From Marsupella aquatica (lineage: Eukaryota; Plantae; Marchantiophyta), in contig OZ316896.1 of the NCBI GenBank assembly GCA_973895155.1, positions 16,471,752 to 16,535,751 of the forward strand: a stretch of 64,000 nt of DNA, in the 5' to 3' direction. A program made the position numbers and the translations under genes. The notes beneath the pieces were generated by a model. That model saw only the letters and a list, made by a program, of their open reading frames with translations, did not search any database and had not been told where the DNA came from. The first letter of the stretch is position 1. Every line of letters begins with the position of its first letter. Below, piece by piece: positions 1 to 12,483 of this stretch.

Positions 1-124
1 ATTTTCGTCTGGCATCCTACTCACCAAGTTACTGTGGTTGCACAAACAAGTCATCCATTTATTGCTCATACTTGCTACTCATTGCACTTCAAAGAGTCAC
101 CTACTCACAACAAAACAAATCCAA

Positions 125-3100
125 CTACTCATCATCTTCGTCCATGTCAGCTTCAACCTCTCCCTCATAAGTCTGTCTCACTGTCAAGGGGATGTACTCC
201 CTGGTCCCCTGGCCCCGATGTACAACGTCTACTGCCGGCTGTTCAAAGGCCCCATGTGCATCCAAACTGAACTCTATTTTAGTACCCTCCATCCTTCGAA
301 CTCTAGGTGAGCTATGGCAGACTACACGCCAACCACGAGACTCCTCCACATCTAAAAAAAATACTTGCTCCACTTGACTTGGGAACACAAAAGGCTCCAT
401 CCATTCTGCCAGTCTTTGGTTAAAATTGACCATTAGAAAGCCATCCATATCCCGTTTCATGGTCGCTCTTGGCCCATGCCAATCTGGCTTCACCCATGAA
501 CCTTTCATTAGGATGATTTGTTGTGATGTGTTCCCATAATTCAGTGCCCAGATGTCTGCCAACTCCCCAACATATCCCATCTCCATCCAGCCCCTGTTGC
601 TCTGAGCATCTATATGCTCAAACACAGATATTACCCCCGAATTATATGTCACTAAATGCTTGTCCTCATCATCATGCACACGGTACTGATTCCCATATGC
701 TTTCATCCGTTTATACCGCTGTACAATACGTCTGGGAGGCACAGACAAGAGGAGAACATCTCTATCCATGTTTGGGTTCTGCCTGCTATGCTCTCGAATT
801 GTTGTCCTGATCCACTCAGGAAAAGTAGGGAATGCCTGGTGATTTAACCCTAATTGGGCGGCCTTCTGCACATTGTATTCCCTGCATGATGACAATGAGA
901 ACAATTTCTCAATACAATGTACATATCCTACCAAAATGGATATGAATAAAGAAGGAATGCAAGGAGGGTGCGGAAACATGAGTACTCACTGCCACCAAGG
1001 TTGCATCATGACTGTATTGTGTAAGACATATAAGTGTGCTGCATCACGAACTTCTGCAGACAATTGCAAGGAAGTAAAAGCGCCTTGAAGAACCTCTCCA
1101 GCCACCCCCTCTTCTTCCTTAGCATCCCACACCCTGCTCCTAACATTGTCTACACCAGCCATGTACTTTGTAAGGAACCCCAAGGTCTCTTCTTGAATGT
1201 AACCGAGAGCCATGCTTGCTTCAGGCCTATAATAAGTACGTACATGGCCTTTTAGCAACTTCATGTACCGTTCCATTGGATACATCCACCTTGTACTCAC
1301 TGGGCCGTAGTGGCCCAGATCTTCAACCGCATGGATGATCAAATGAGTCATGACATCAAAAAATGCTGGCGGGAAATAAATCTCCAAGTCACAAAGCACA
1401 CGCATAGTATCTGCCTTTAACTGAGGAAATGTTGTAGGGTCCCACACCTTCACACAAATACGACGAAAGATCTGACACAGTCTCAAAATGACATTGCGAA
1501 CTGGTTTTTGCATCAATCCCCTCAGACATACTGGTAGAATGTCTTGCATCATAACATGGAAGTCATGAGTTTTCATGCTTCCCAACTTCTTCTTCCTTAT
1601 ATGCTTTGCAAAGGCTCCAGCGTACCCAGAGGGTACTCTGAACGAACTCAGCCTAGACAAAATTGTGTTCCACTCGTTCTGGGTGCAAACATATGGAGCT
1701 TGGTACTTGAAAACCACACCCGGCCTATTCTGGGATTCTTGCAGCCAAAGTTGAGGACGAATGCCCTTCTCCTGAAGGTCCTTTCGTACTGCTGCAGTAT
1801 CGTTGTCCCCCGATAGAAACTTCAAAAGACTTTCGCATACATTCTTCTCAATGTGCATAACATCAATGTTATGTTTGCTTGGCTCAAAATCCTGCACCCA
1901 TGAAGTACGCATGATTGCCACAATTAGGTTCAGACACAAGAACTAAAAACTGTTGTGCATAGGATCTGAAGAGGTTCACTGAGTACAAGTGAATATGCAA
2001 ATGTTACCTTCCAATACTCCAATGATGTGTCCATCATTGTCTGCCTTTTGATGCCATGAGTCTTTGCTGGGTCATCTGGCACGTCTCTACAAGCACCATA
2101 TTCATCATAAGACACCTTGTTCAGTCCCCACTGCAGAAGTTGGTCTCTACTAACCAACACAGGAGACTCTCGAAGCTCCCTCTGGTTGTTGAAGTGGGCT
2201 ATGTGGGATTGCCTGTGCCTGAAAGGGTGGTCGGCAGGAAGATATCGCCTGTGGCCCTGGAATTTGATACTGCCCAAGGAAACGGACCGTTCAGATGTAA
2301 CATCTGGGCCACATTGTGTGCAACCCAGATATCCCTTCCCTACCTGCCCAGATATCATGCTATGTCCAGGGTAGTCTGCTATTGAATTAACACACATTGC
2401 ACGTAGGTTGAATGTCCTCGGTCTACCAGGTCCACAAAGTGCATCAACTGTCATAACTCCATGTGTCCATAGAGTAACCCATTCCTCCACCGCAGGGGCC
2501 AACCAAACATCTATGTTTGCACTTATAGCAGAGTTTGGGCCGGGAATCATAAGACACAAGATCACAAAAAAACGCTTGGTGGATATCCAAGGCGGGAGAT
2601 TATAATTTATCAAAGTCACTGGCCAGCAAGAATACACGTTGTTCTTGTCTCCAAAAGGATTAGCACCGTCAAGGCTTAGACCAAACCTCACATTTCTGCT
2701 CTCTGCTGCAAAGTCCGGCCACTTCTCATCTATGTACTTCCAGTGGTTGGAATCTCCAACGTGACATTGCAAACCATCTATACTCTTCTGATTAGAGGTC
2801 CAAGTCATCATCTTAGAAATGGATGGACACCTATAGAGGCGCTGCAATCTTGGAATGAGAGGGAAATGCCGTAGGACCTTAGCAGGTTGAGTTGACTTCC
2901 CCACGTTCTTATATCTGTGCTTTCCGCAGATAGGGCAGGATAGGCAATCAGCATATTCTTTTCTGAAAAGTACATGGCCATCTGGGCATGCATGGATGGA
3001 CACATAATTCAAACCAAGTTTGCTCATCACCTTCTTTGCCTCATACATGTTCTTAGGAGCAATGTTTCCAGCGGGTAGTATTGTCCTCTGTAGGAACATC

Positions 3101-3837
3101 AACAACTCTGTTACACATATCTTGGGCACACGGTGACATCCACATATATTGAGGAACATCACTATGAACCCTAGTTTGGAGCAATTTGCACCACCATACA
3201 ATGGGGACGTAGCTTCCTCCAAGTAGGCCCCAGTTCCCAAGAATTGACCATCATCTCCAGCTCCTTCTCCAATGTCAAACTCTTCTTGGTCCGATGGATC
3301 TACACCATGCATGTCTGGTTCTTCGTCCCCCTGTGCCTCTGCATCTTCATAAAGTGCATCCAGGTCTTGAAAAATGTCTGAAACCATCCTAGGAACATCT
3401 GCCCCGTCCTCATTAGAAGTCTCGGGACCTCCTTGTGGAACATACTCATCTTCGGCATTGTTGCTTGCATGACCAGTGACGTTATGAAAGAATGCAGAGC
3501 GTCTTGCTGTATTCACATTTTCAAAATCTGCTCTCCATTCATCATCCGATGAATCCTCTTCCTCTGGCACATTCCACACCCTGCGGATTGGATGTCTTCC
3601 ATGCCTTTGAAGATGAGAATGCACTTGGTTCAGGGTCATCGAGTGGTATCCTCGACATTGCATGCAGGGGCATCTCATCCGGGCATTTCTACCCCGGCTT
3701 GCTCTAAGCACCTCTCTATTCCACAACTTGGAGTCATGACGTGTAATCCTCAGTGGGTGATGCAAAGGGAGTCGCACTTCATTGGTATGTCTCTGATTCC
3801 TTTGCCCCAACTGTCCATCCTCATTTGCCTGATCCAT
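125..3837 (-). CDS. CACTA TnpD/TNP2-type transposase (Transposase_21, DUF4218 and DUF4216-like regions), 3 exons: 3837-2008, 1891-990, 881-125
   Basis: Motifs CPCMQC, HACPDGHVLFR, LRHFPLIPRLQRLY, RNVRFGLSLDGANPF, YNLPPW, DVMHIEKN, KTHDFHVMMQ, FPPAFFDVMTHL, RWMYPMERYM, EPFVFPSQVEQVFF. GT..AG introns 2007-1892 and 989-882 join the three ORFs in frame (YWK|DFE; WWQ|EYN) with no internal stops. Confidence 0.93.
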
Positions 3838-4245
3838 ACCTTCAGCTGTCGTAGGCACCCCTTGGCTATGTACCCTTTGCACTAGACAGGCTTATACAAT
3901 TGCATATTCTAAGTACATGGAGGGGACACATGCAAGTTTCATGAAGGAAATATCATAGACGCTAAACACACTCACTATCAAGTCCGCTCTGTGCTGGCGC
4001 CCGACCTGCTCACGTATCATCTGCTCACTGCAGGCAGCAACATCATAACAGACTTGCAATAATCAGTGAAGTGCTTGGTCGTTGACCAGTCAATGGTACA
4101 ACGTACATCATACACTGCCATACATCTCCACATGCAAAACCAAGACATTTGGAGGATGAAAAGGAGTAATGTCTTGTAGACAAAAAATAACACACAAAAG
4201 TTTATTTCAAAAATGTAACCGTCTAGCATATAGACAGTTGAGACC

Positions 4246-5172
4246 TTATTCATAATCATTAGGGCTAACAGAATCATACGCACTATCAGAAAACTCTTCA
4301 TCCGTGGTCTGGAACTCATAAGTAACATATTTTGGGTCGTCATAGGGAATGAATGGCTTTGCTGGCCATATTTCATATAAATCATATTTATGCTCATCTA
4401 ATCGCATATTTGTTGAAAGTGACTGCCTGACCCATTCAGGGCAGACCACACGCAGCCCATGTGTGATGAGCCATCGTACTGTGGACTTTCCATACTCTCG
4501 GCATACCTTAGAATATGAATGAGCAATGAGATGGGTGGTCTCATTAGTGAGCTTCTCAATCACTGTACCACCTCTTCTACTGATCTCCCTCTTGAAACGA
4601 CAGACCCTATATGGCTTGATAGACTTGTCAAGTATAACAGCCCTCACACCTCTGAACATGGTACGGTCTGGGATGGGTTCTGTCTCATATGGGATAATGT
4701 TGTTGTATACTTTTGTGATCTGGTCAATAGACGGAACCCTACTCCCACCTCTCCCTGCAATTCTACGAGCCTTGTGCCAATCTCGACTGTCTTTCATCAT
4801 TTGGATGCTATTGTACTTGCTCTCAAACAAATTGTAATCATCAGGATCTTGGACACTCCCTTTTCTAAGGGAGTCAGACATCCATTCTGCTGAAAGTATT
4901 TTGACATGCCTCAAGAAGACTTTGTCATAGAAAACCGACCAAGATGCCATTTTCAGACAATGTTCCCATGTTTCTGCAATAATATGGGTGACTTCAGTGT
5001 CCTGTAGTTGAGATTGTGTCTCTGTACCGTGACACTCAATGAGTTTTCTCCTAAGGATATCCAATCTTGCACTCTGAATACCTGGGACAAAAAAGACTCT
5101 GACCCCTTGGAAGATGGGAGCACACTGGGAAGTTGGAAGGGGGACAAGTTCACGCTTCCGTTTGGAAGGCAT
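4246..5172 (-). CDS. Intronless tandem-BRCT protein (two repeats resembling the plant DNA polymerase lambda N-terminal BRCT), CACTA cargo
   Basis: Repeat 1: IFQGVRVFF..RLDILRRKL..EVTHIIA..LSAEWMSDSLRKG...DPDDY. Repeat 2: MFRGVRAV..RRGGTVIEKLTNETTHLIA..VCPEWVRQSL...LDEHKY. Both match the BRCT consensus (F.G..., GG, THLI, W...S). Likely start MPSKRKR (NLS-like) at 5172; acidic tail. Confidence 0.82.
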   Translation of the reverse strand: MPSKRKRELVPLPTSQCAPIFQGVRVFFVPGIQSARLDILRRKLIECHGTETQSQLQDTEVTHIIAETWEHCLKMASWSVFYDKVFLRHVKILSAEWMSDSLRKGSVQDPDDYNLFESKYNSIQMMKDSRDWHKARRIAGRGGSRVPSIDQITKVYNNIIPYETEPIPDRTMFRGVRAVILDKSIKPYRVCRFKREISRRGGTVIEKLTNETTHLIAHSYSKVCREYGKSTVRWLITHGLRVVCPEWVRQSLSTNMRLDEHKYDLYEIWPAKPFIPYDDPKYVTYEFQTTDEEFSDSAYDSVSPNDYE

Positions 5173-6075
5173 GATGCCTCCTGTAATAAAAGCCAATAGA
5201 GAAATACCAGTGCCCGCGTTGCCTGTCCCTCAATGCTTCAGCCCAATGCTCTCTGATGACACAAAGTGCACTCTAGCTCCCTGATTGTGGCACACATGAC
5301 AAGATCGAAAGTCAATACATGCAGTAAATCCCAGCACGGAGTTATAGGACAAACCATATACTCTTCAGTCAAATTATTTTCACCATGTGTTCATGTAATT
5401 ACATTGATGAAAGTAGAGCGACAGCCTACTTCAATATACACATAGCATACATGTGGCCCTTTATATTGTCTTGTCTGCATATAGCCTAAATTCACATTCG
5501 AATACCTGTATCTTACGTGATAGTAGTGGGGACTGAGAATGATATCATTCAACTGCTCAATTTCCAGTCACATCTGTAATTGTACAAATGTATGGGTCAG
5601 GCACACGACTTAAGATGACCTTTGTTAAGAGCAGAAACAAATACATAATTTGAGCTATATATGTATTTTTATACTCCAATGCATGCATGTTGTTTTACTC
5701 CAGGCAACAGTCTGCTTGGAATCTTTAGTCTTTCACAGTTATGGTCTCTTGCCATACACATGATTCACTCAAAGTGGAAAAAACACAGACATCCTTGTGC
5801 AGGCCCTAACTTTGAAATTGCAATTAACTTAATCAGTCTTCAAAAAATAAGTTAACTTAGTTAGTTTTGGAGGTGTCATCGTGTACGAAAGTATAAGGAC
5901 AGAACCATGTATGGCTGAACTGAAAAAGCAAGATCCAAATTTACTATGCAGTCACAAAGTCGATCGATAGCTCATTGTAGCGGGGTGTGTCTGAGCTATG
6001 GTTGACAGCGCAGTGAGGTGCCCACTTCATTAAAAAGTCCAAAATGTGAGATGTGCAATGTTGGATTCATTTAGC

Positions 6076-6798
6076 TCAGCCTGTTGGTGCTGATCCACTT
6101 GTTTTGTTGCTGGCGCTGGAGGTGTCATCCAGCAATAGCCAAGTCAAGTGGTCTCTCGCAGGGGTCTGCAAATGAGGGTCAATCGTATGGAGGTGGCAAT
6201 ACAAAAACCACCTATCAACCCCGTGTGCAGAGTGGGAATAAATTTGGCGGTCACATGCATACCCTTCTGCCTGAAGGGCTAGTAAACACTCATGGTGCCA
6301 GGCTGTGGGACATCTGGGACAATGGACCATGTCTATCCAGTAGTCATCATCAGGCTCCCCACAAGCAGGACAAATATGTAGTGGGCAAAGGGAGTTATCA
6401 TAGGGCAGGCATGTCAAACAAAAAAAACGAACACAAAACCTGTCAGGACATTTCCGCAGCTCTGGTTGATCCCCCTCAACAGTGCCGTTTGTGCCACATT
6501 GAGCACACTTGCTGATATTAGTGGCACAATCAAAGCAAGTCCAAGCACCCCGATGGTCCCCCCGGAGCCCAACCCCAGGGCATGCATTTTGTGGTGCATA
6601 AGTGGACCAGGAATTGACATGGAATTGTCTCAGGCAGGGGCCATCACACATGACCAGGTCACCTCCATCGTCACAAATGGCACAGACATGAGCGGCTTTC
6701 TGATGAATTTGTGCATTGGACCAATGATGATGTCTACTCATGGAATCGTGCCTCACCTGTGATCCGCCTCTGTGTGCTGACCGTTTTGGACAAGCCAT
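6076..6798 (-). CDS. Intronless EDM2/NSD-type triple PHD-finger protein, CACTA cargo
   Basis: VCAICDDGGDLVMCDGPCLRQFH..C..WTCFDC..CAQC..C....C..FFCLTC..CPLHICPAC..CPRCPTAWHHECL..LYCHLHTIDPHLQTPARDHL. The last motif matches the EDM2 post-PHD motif (YC..HEID..L.TP.RDH) as I recall it. ATG at 6798 lies just after a splice acceptor. Confidence 0.88.
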   Translation of the reverse strand: MACPKRSAHRGGSQVRHDSMSRHHHWSNAQIHQKAAHVCAICDDGGDLVMCDGPCLRQFHVNSWSTYAPQNACPGVGLRGDHRGAWTCFDCATNISKCAQCGTNGTVEGDQPELRKCPDRFCVRFFCLTCLPYDNSLCPLHICPACGEPDDDYWIDMVHCPRCPTAWHHECLLALQAEGYACDRQIYSHSAHGVDRWFLYCHLHTIDPHLQTPARDHLTWLLLDDTSSASNKTSGSAPTG

Positions 6799-7204
6799 GA
6801 CTTCTACCTTGATAGAAAACAACACAATATATGGCCAGAGTCAGTGACGTAGTGAAGCATGCAAAGAATGAGAAACTAAAACTATGAATTAATACCAAAG
6901 ATTTGAGAAACTGTAATTTCAAGTTCTAAATTCAAGACGGGTTGTGTGCATGGAGGAAATTTTAAGTTTAGGACTCTGAGATTGTACACAGGCAATTACT
7001 GAACGATTTCTGCCATTAAAGGTGGGCAATTGTTGGGCTAGCATTTTCACACATTAATTTTTATAAATTTTTGGGGCCACGAAAATAAGGGGAACCAGTA
7101 GAAGAATTCAAAAGTCCACAGCAGGACATTGCTCAGCACAGCAAGAAGGCCAGTAGAATACAATCGACACCCCATACATAAAATCCAATCAAATAACCCA
7201 AATC

Positions 7205-8200
7205 CAGTCTACACTTCCATAGTGAAATCCTGGCTTGACCCTGGCCCCGACCTGAGATTGCTATAGTGATGGGCATGCATAAGAGAGGAAGAGATTTCTG
7301 TACATACTTGAGGATAAGCAGCACAAACGCTCGACCCTGAGACCACCAGTGAAGACAAAGCAATGACAATGTAGAGGGCTCTGAGTGATTACAGACCTCA
7401 GGAGTTGACAAAACCCTGGAATGATTTCTTTGTGCCTAGCTTGGCAAAAGAGAAAGCTCTCAAACGGGTGGAAAAATGATCTGCAAGTGCCACAGATAGA
7501 GTGTGGCTCATCAGTTCTGTGGCTCATTAGTTGTTCGTGGAGGAGTACATTATAGAGTATCACATTTGACTAATGTCCTGTACATTGAATACATACAGTG
7601 GCAAAGTAGTCAATGGAAGAGTGACCTGCTCCCTTTGCGTTCTTCCTGTTGCCGAAACATGAATGTAGAGGTAGAATTGCATGCAGGAAAATTTGAAGTT
7701 TAGGGCTATGACATCCATGCTTTGTGCAACCTCTAATCCGAAAGCCTCCAAAGACACAAGTGAAGCATGTAGGCGCACGTAATAACTTCTAATTTAGTCA
7801 TTGACAGTACAAGAGTATACTCTAAAGTCTGCGATTCTGAAAGTACAAGCATTGCAGGCGCGCAGGTCTGAAAAGTTGTTGCAAGACACAAATAAGCACT
7901 AAGCGACTAAGGACAGGACCGTTGAGTTGAAATCACAGCTCAGCAAAGGCAAAGAAAAACCCCCCGCACCCCACCTTAGTTCTGCACAACACTTCTGCAC
8001 ACTAGAATACTAGTGTATAAGATTAGAGCAATTCAAGCCGAAGCAGAATGAAAGTGCCAACAATATACTGTGATCCCATCTACATTTCCATAGTGAAATC
8101 CAAGTTCGACGCCGACCCCGACATGAGATTGCTATAGTGATGGGCATGCATAAGAGAGGGAGAGATGATGACACGTACTTGAGGATCGCGAGAGAGAGAA
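7205..8200. repeat. Dispersed direct repeat (~120 bp at ~7205-7325 and ~8078-8200) in the CACTA-1 leader
   Basis: Both copies contain tctaca(c/t)ttccatagtgaaatcc...gagattgctatagtgatgggcatgcataagagagg. A second pair lies at ~8620-8710 and ~8885-8965 (gaatgtggtca...cgcttcaagtgtgg...aaccct). Confidence 0.75.
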
Positions 8201-9137
8201 ATTTGCAACAGAGAGTGGACACAATGGAAGAGCGAGACACGATGGAAGAGCGAGACCGAGAGAGAGGGCGAGAGAGAGTGAGGTGAGAATTCAGCAAGAG
8301 AGGTCTCGAATAGGGACAACCTTCTATATATGAACCATAGTTTTTGCTGTCATTAATTTTCCAGAGTTAAGATGAACAAACAGAGTACAAACAGAGCACA
8401 ATGAAGCACCACAGTGCGTCGCACGGGACCTCTCACCTCTGCCTGAACACCAGCCGCACCCAACGCCACACCAGAGATCAGCGGTCTTGAAAACAAGTTG
8501 ACACCCTAAACCCGACACTTCCAATATCGCCCGCTCCAATGTCGCAGTGCGTTTTTGTTCTAGCTCGTTCTCCTCTTGACCGAAGAACAACCCAACAAGC
8601 AAATGGCGGAAGATGGACGCACTTAGCACCTGGGTGAATGTGGTCACGTTGCGCTTCAAGTGTGGCCCTAAACCCTTCCTCCTCCCTTCAATCACAGAGA
8701 GTCTTCGACCGCAAGAGCAAGAAGCACTTCCTCTCCTCTCATCTCCCAATGCTATGCAAGGCAAAGAGGTAAAGAATTACAAAGCTAATGGAGGAAGACG
8801 GACCCCCGCACCACAAACTTGGCGTCCGACCCTAAAATTTCCCGCAATGCCCCCGCAATGCCTTCAGGGAGCACTCGCAAACGCACCCAGCACCCGATTG
8901 AATGTGGTCAGGTCGCTTCAAGTGTGGTGTCAAACCCTTTCTCCTCCCTGAAATCACAGAGAGCCCGACTCACTGCACACTAAGAATCCCATTGTTTCTC
9001 CATAAACCTTCGTTCCCTCCTTGATTGATTGACTATCGATCGCCCCTCTCAATGAGTCGCCTCATTCGCTCCACCTCCCCTCCCCTTTGTAAACCCTCTT
9101 TGCGGACGAAGACCCTACATTTGCTCCCGCGCACAAG

Positions 9138-9263
9138 GGTGGAGAGTACTAAGGTTCTCAGCCAGTGACATGTAAGGGGCTCATGTAAGGGGGTACTGCA
9201 CAACGGTGGAGAGTACTAAGGTACTCAGCCAGTGACATGTAAGGGGCTCATGTAAGGGGGTAC
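9138..9263. repeat. Tandem duplication of a ~60-67 bp unit at the CACTA-1/LTR-element junction
   Basis: ggtggagagtactaagg(t/ta)ctcagccagtgacatgtaaggggctcatgtaagggggtac present twice. Confidence 0.8.
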
Positions 9264-9264
9264 C

Positions 9265-11983
9265 TCTACTATTTGAAGCTTTCTCACATAAAAAGCTTGA
9301 ATGTTTGGCAATTGGTGAGTAGCACTCACTCACATAAGAACCCTAAACTAAGACAATCAACTTAGATAGTGGACCTGCCATTTTCCTTATGATGGGATGT
9401 TGTAATTAAGTGGTATCCCCCATCCAACTTCAAAGGTGCATGGACAACCTTGAACCATGAACAATGTCCCTTGCACCTTGAAGAATGAGTGATTGAAAAG
9501 AGTAGGTAAAGTCAACATCGCAAAGGAGTCGCAACAAATGAGTGGAAACTTTGTGGAAGTGATACTTAAGACATATGTAGTGATAACACCCTAAACTTCC
9601 ATAACCTTGTCACAGTAGTCAATAGTGGTTTGGTAAAAAATAGGGGGTATTTCTACTAGTGCCGGTTTGCGCTAGTGGAGAGGAGAAACTGGTTGATTAT
9701 GGTTACTTTTTGTGGAGATTACTTTCTCATTGTACTAATCGTGATAGGAAGTAGGAGAGTTTTCGCAGGAGTAGCACGACTGTCAATGCATGGACAACAT
9801 ATGAGGTAGTAAAGGAATCTAAGTGAACTAGAAAGTAGAGTCCAAAGATCAGCCTTGGAGACGTCCAAGCACATGTAATTTGTGCTCACTTATAGTGGTT
9901 ACCGTGCCTCATAATAGTTATCTCAAAGTTGTTTTATGTGTGGTGGGATGATGGAGAAGTGACATTGTTTTGAGTTGGAATGGAGGGCTCATCCTCTCAC
10001 CATGCATCGGGACCAGATCTCAATGGCAGCCTCTAGAGTCTACTTGGTTCTACCTCTCCAACATCAGGTCTCCGTGGGAACCAAATGCGGTTTGGTCACT
10101 GTTCGACTTCGGATCGGCAAGAGGGACTCCCCCCATTGCAAGCCTCAAAACCAAAACCATCCAATGCACAATCAAAGAGCACCATGAGGTAGCTTTCTTC
10201 ATTAGCTTTCCAACGAGCCCAAGAACTCTCCCAATGGAGACCTAGTCGTCAAGTTATGTTTGTTTCCGCTTCAAAACTCGAAACGATGTATCTTCGTCGA
10301 TCGCGATCAGCTCGAGGTCAAACTTGAAAGGACCACTCCCCTCATATATGCTTCTGGGGACCTGCCACCCCTGGACCAGTTGTAGTATCACACTAGGGAC
10401 ATAAATAAACATTTAAGATCCAAAACTCGGTATTCGTTCCCATGGAAGAACATGTAAGGAATGATTTTCTATGATTTAGCACTTATGAATGAATAAGGTA
10501 ACAAAAACACAAAGGTTGAGCCTTTTACTATGGTTGCTCAGCAAGGCATAGTTTTAAATGTCTGCTTGACATTGTAAATAAAATTAACAAATGGAAACAA
10601 TTAATAAAACACAATGAAAATCCTGAGGTATGGTGAGGGAGTTAGGAAACAACCAAGGTGACTCCTCAACATAACTTCATTTGATATGATTTAGGTGGTA
10701 TATCCGCAAGAACATTTCTGGAAAGGATTACGGTACTAGGATGATTACTAAAATACCGTCAACATGTCTCAACTTTTCCTTCCAAGGTACTGAGTGGAGA
10801 CTAGTAATCAATCACTTCTGTATCCAATCGTTACTTTGTGTCACGAATAAGAGACACCATCATAATCAAATTTGAAGCCATAAGTAATTGGTAAGTAACA
10901 ATCTTTGCATCCCGTGCACAAGCAATGTCACGTCAAAAACTATGCATCAAGAACTAAGAAATATGTGAAACATCACCAACAAGGAATCTATTTTCACATA
11001 CTCAAAAGATTTAACAATCACAATAATTTTACTTCAAGGATCCAAACTTCTCATTCATTTAGACTTGAAGGGGGAAGAATTCCTTTGTATTAAGTACTCA
11101 TATGCAATGGAGTACTTGCTACAAATGGAGGTAACAAAGTTGCAATCTTGCAACTGAGCGCTCATGAAATTTCTTCACACAAAAAGTGGCAAAAACTCTA
11201 CTACATATAGGCTAGCAAAAACTAAAGGGGAAAAGATATAATGAAAGGATATGCCCTTTCATATCTTAAGGGTCATAGACTAAAGTAAAAAGTAACAAAA
11301 TTGTACTATAGGAGTACCTAAGGTTCAGCGTATTGCTCTTGGAATCAAAAACTAATCAAAAGTTATCCCTAGTGTAAACTGGAGTAAAAGTGTTTTTGCA
11401 CTTTTGTGATATAACTAATAAATAGTGAGTTTATTAGAATTTTAATTTCTAACATAAAAGTCAAAATGGGGTGAAACTTTCATAGGTGTAAGATTTATAT
11501 ACATGTTACATTCTGGCAAAATTTTAGACTTTTCTGAGGTGTCTAAGTGTCTTAATAAAATCGGTGAAAAGTGTTGTCGTATATAAAATACATTTTTCCG
11601 GAAATTTTTCTAAGTGTTGGAGGCGCCGTTACGCCTTTGCGCAATTACGTTTAAGTAAAACTAAAAATACTATAACTTCTAAACTACAAGTAGATTTTGG
11701 CTGATATTTTCAGGGTATGGTCTGCTACATAAGGGCTATCTCCTGGAAAAGTATGAGATTTTTCTAACTACTTTAACTATTTAACTAAAATTGCAGAGAT
11801 CGACTGATCTTAACTATTGTCGTAGGAGAACTAATCTTATTGGAGTAGTGTTGTCTGGTCCGGTTGCTGAACTCTTGTATAGGTATTCTCTTGCATAGCT
11901 TCTTGAATTTCATCCATGTCTTGAGTGTGATGCCGATGAAAGGTAAAGACTTCCACTGTCGTTCAAGATCCAGAACAGGAAGT
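9265..11983 (-). mobile_element. Truncated LTR retrotransposon: partial 5' LTR (10381-11983), putative PBS, decayed internal region
   Basis: 10381-11983 is the reverse complement of the solo LTR at 14961-14987 plus 33108-34715. On the minus strand the LTR end ...GATACTACA is followed by ac-TGGTCCAGGGG (PBS-like TGG). Internal region not assignable. Confidence 0.65.
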
Positions 11984-11994
11984 TTAGGGTTTAG

Positions 11995-12477
11995 GGCCAT
12001 AACTTTTGACTCTTAGGTCCGTTGGCCAAAAAATATGCGGCCCCATGATCAGGCTCATGTGGGGCTTCTTGGGCCCCTATGGTGATCCATCGGAAAAATA
12101 GTTCATTTTTCCGTGATCGGCAACGGACCCAAACTATAAGTATGCGGCTTAAGTCGGCCATAACTTTTGGCCCCTAGGTCCGTTGGCCAAGAAATATGCG
12201 GCCCCATGATTGAGCTCATGTGGGGCTTCTCGGGCCCCTATGGTGATCCGTTGGAAAAATAGTTCATTTTTCCGTGATCGGCAACAGGCCCAAACTACAA
12301 GTATGCGGCTTGAGTCGGCCATAATTTTTGGCCCTTGGATCCGTTGGCCAAGAAATATGCGGCCTCATGATTGGGCTCATGTGGGGCTTCTTGGGCCCCT
12401 ATGGTGATCTGTTGGAAAAATAGTTCATTTTTCCGTGATCGGCAACGGGCCCAAACTATAAGCATGCAACTTGAGTT
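11995..12477. repeat. Tandem repeat, 3 x 161 bp
   Basis: Units start ggccataa at 11995, 12156 and 12317; a degenerate fourth start lies at 12478. Confidence 0.92.
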
Positions 12478-12483
12478 GGTCAT

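Larger units (their letters stand above)
1..9130 (-). mobile_element. CACTA/En-Spm DNA transposon, copy 1 (3' part runs off window start; 5' TIR not found, right boundary approximate)
   Basis: Contains a spliced, uninterrupted TnpD-type transposase plus two co-oriented accessory ORFs. No CACTA terminus seen upstream; sequence passes into LTR-element DNA at about 9.2 kb. Confidence 0.8.

Noticed and set aside
10391-10400. CACTAGGGAC at 10391 and its inverse at 34696-34705 as TIRs of a giant CACTA
   Set aside because: The match extends outward to TGTAGTATCA and inward for 1.6 kb; these are inverted copies of an LTR, with TG..CA ends and a 5-bp TSD on the solo copy.
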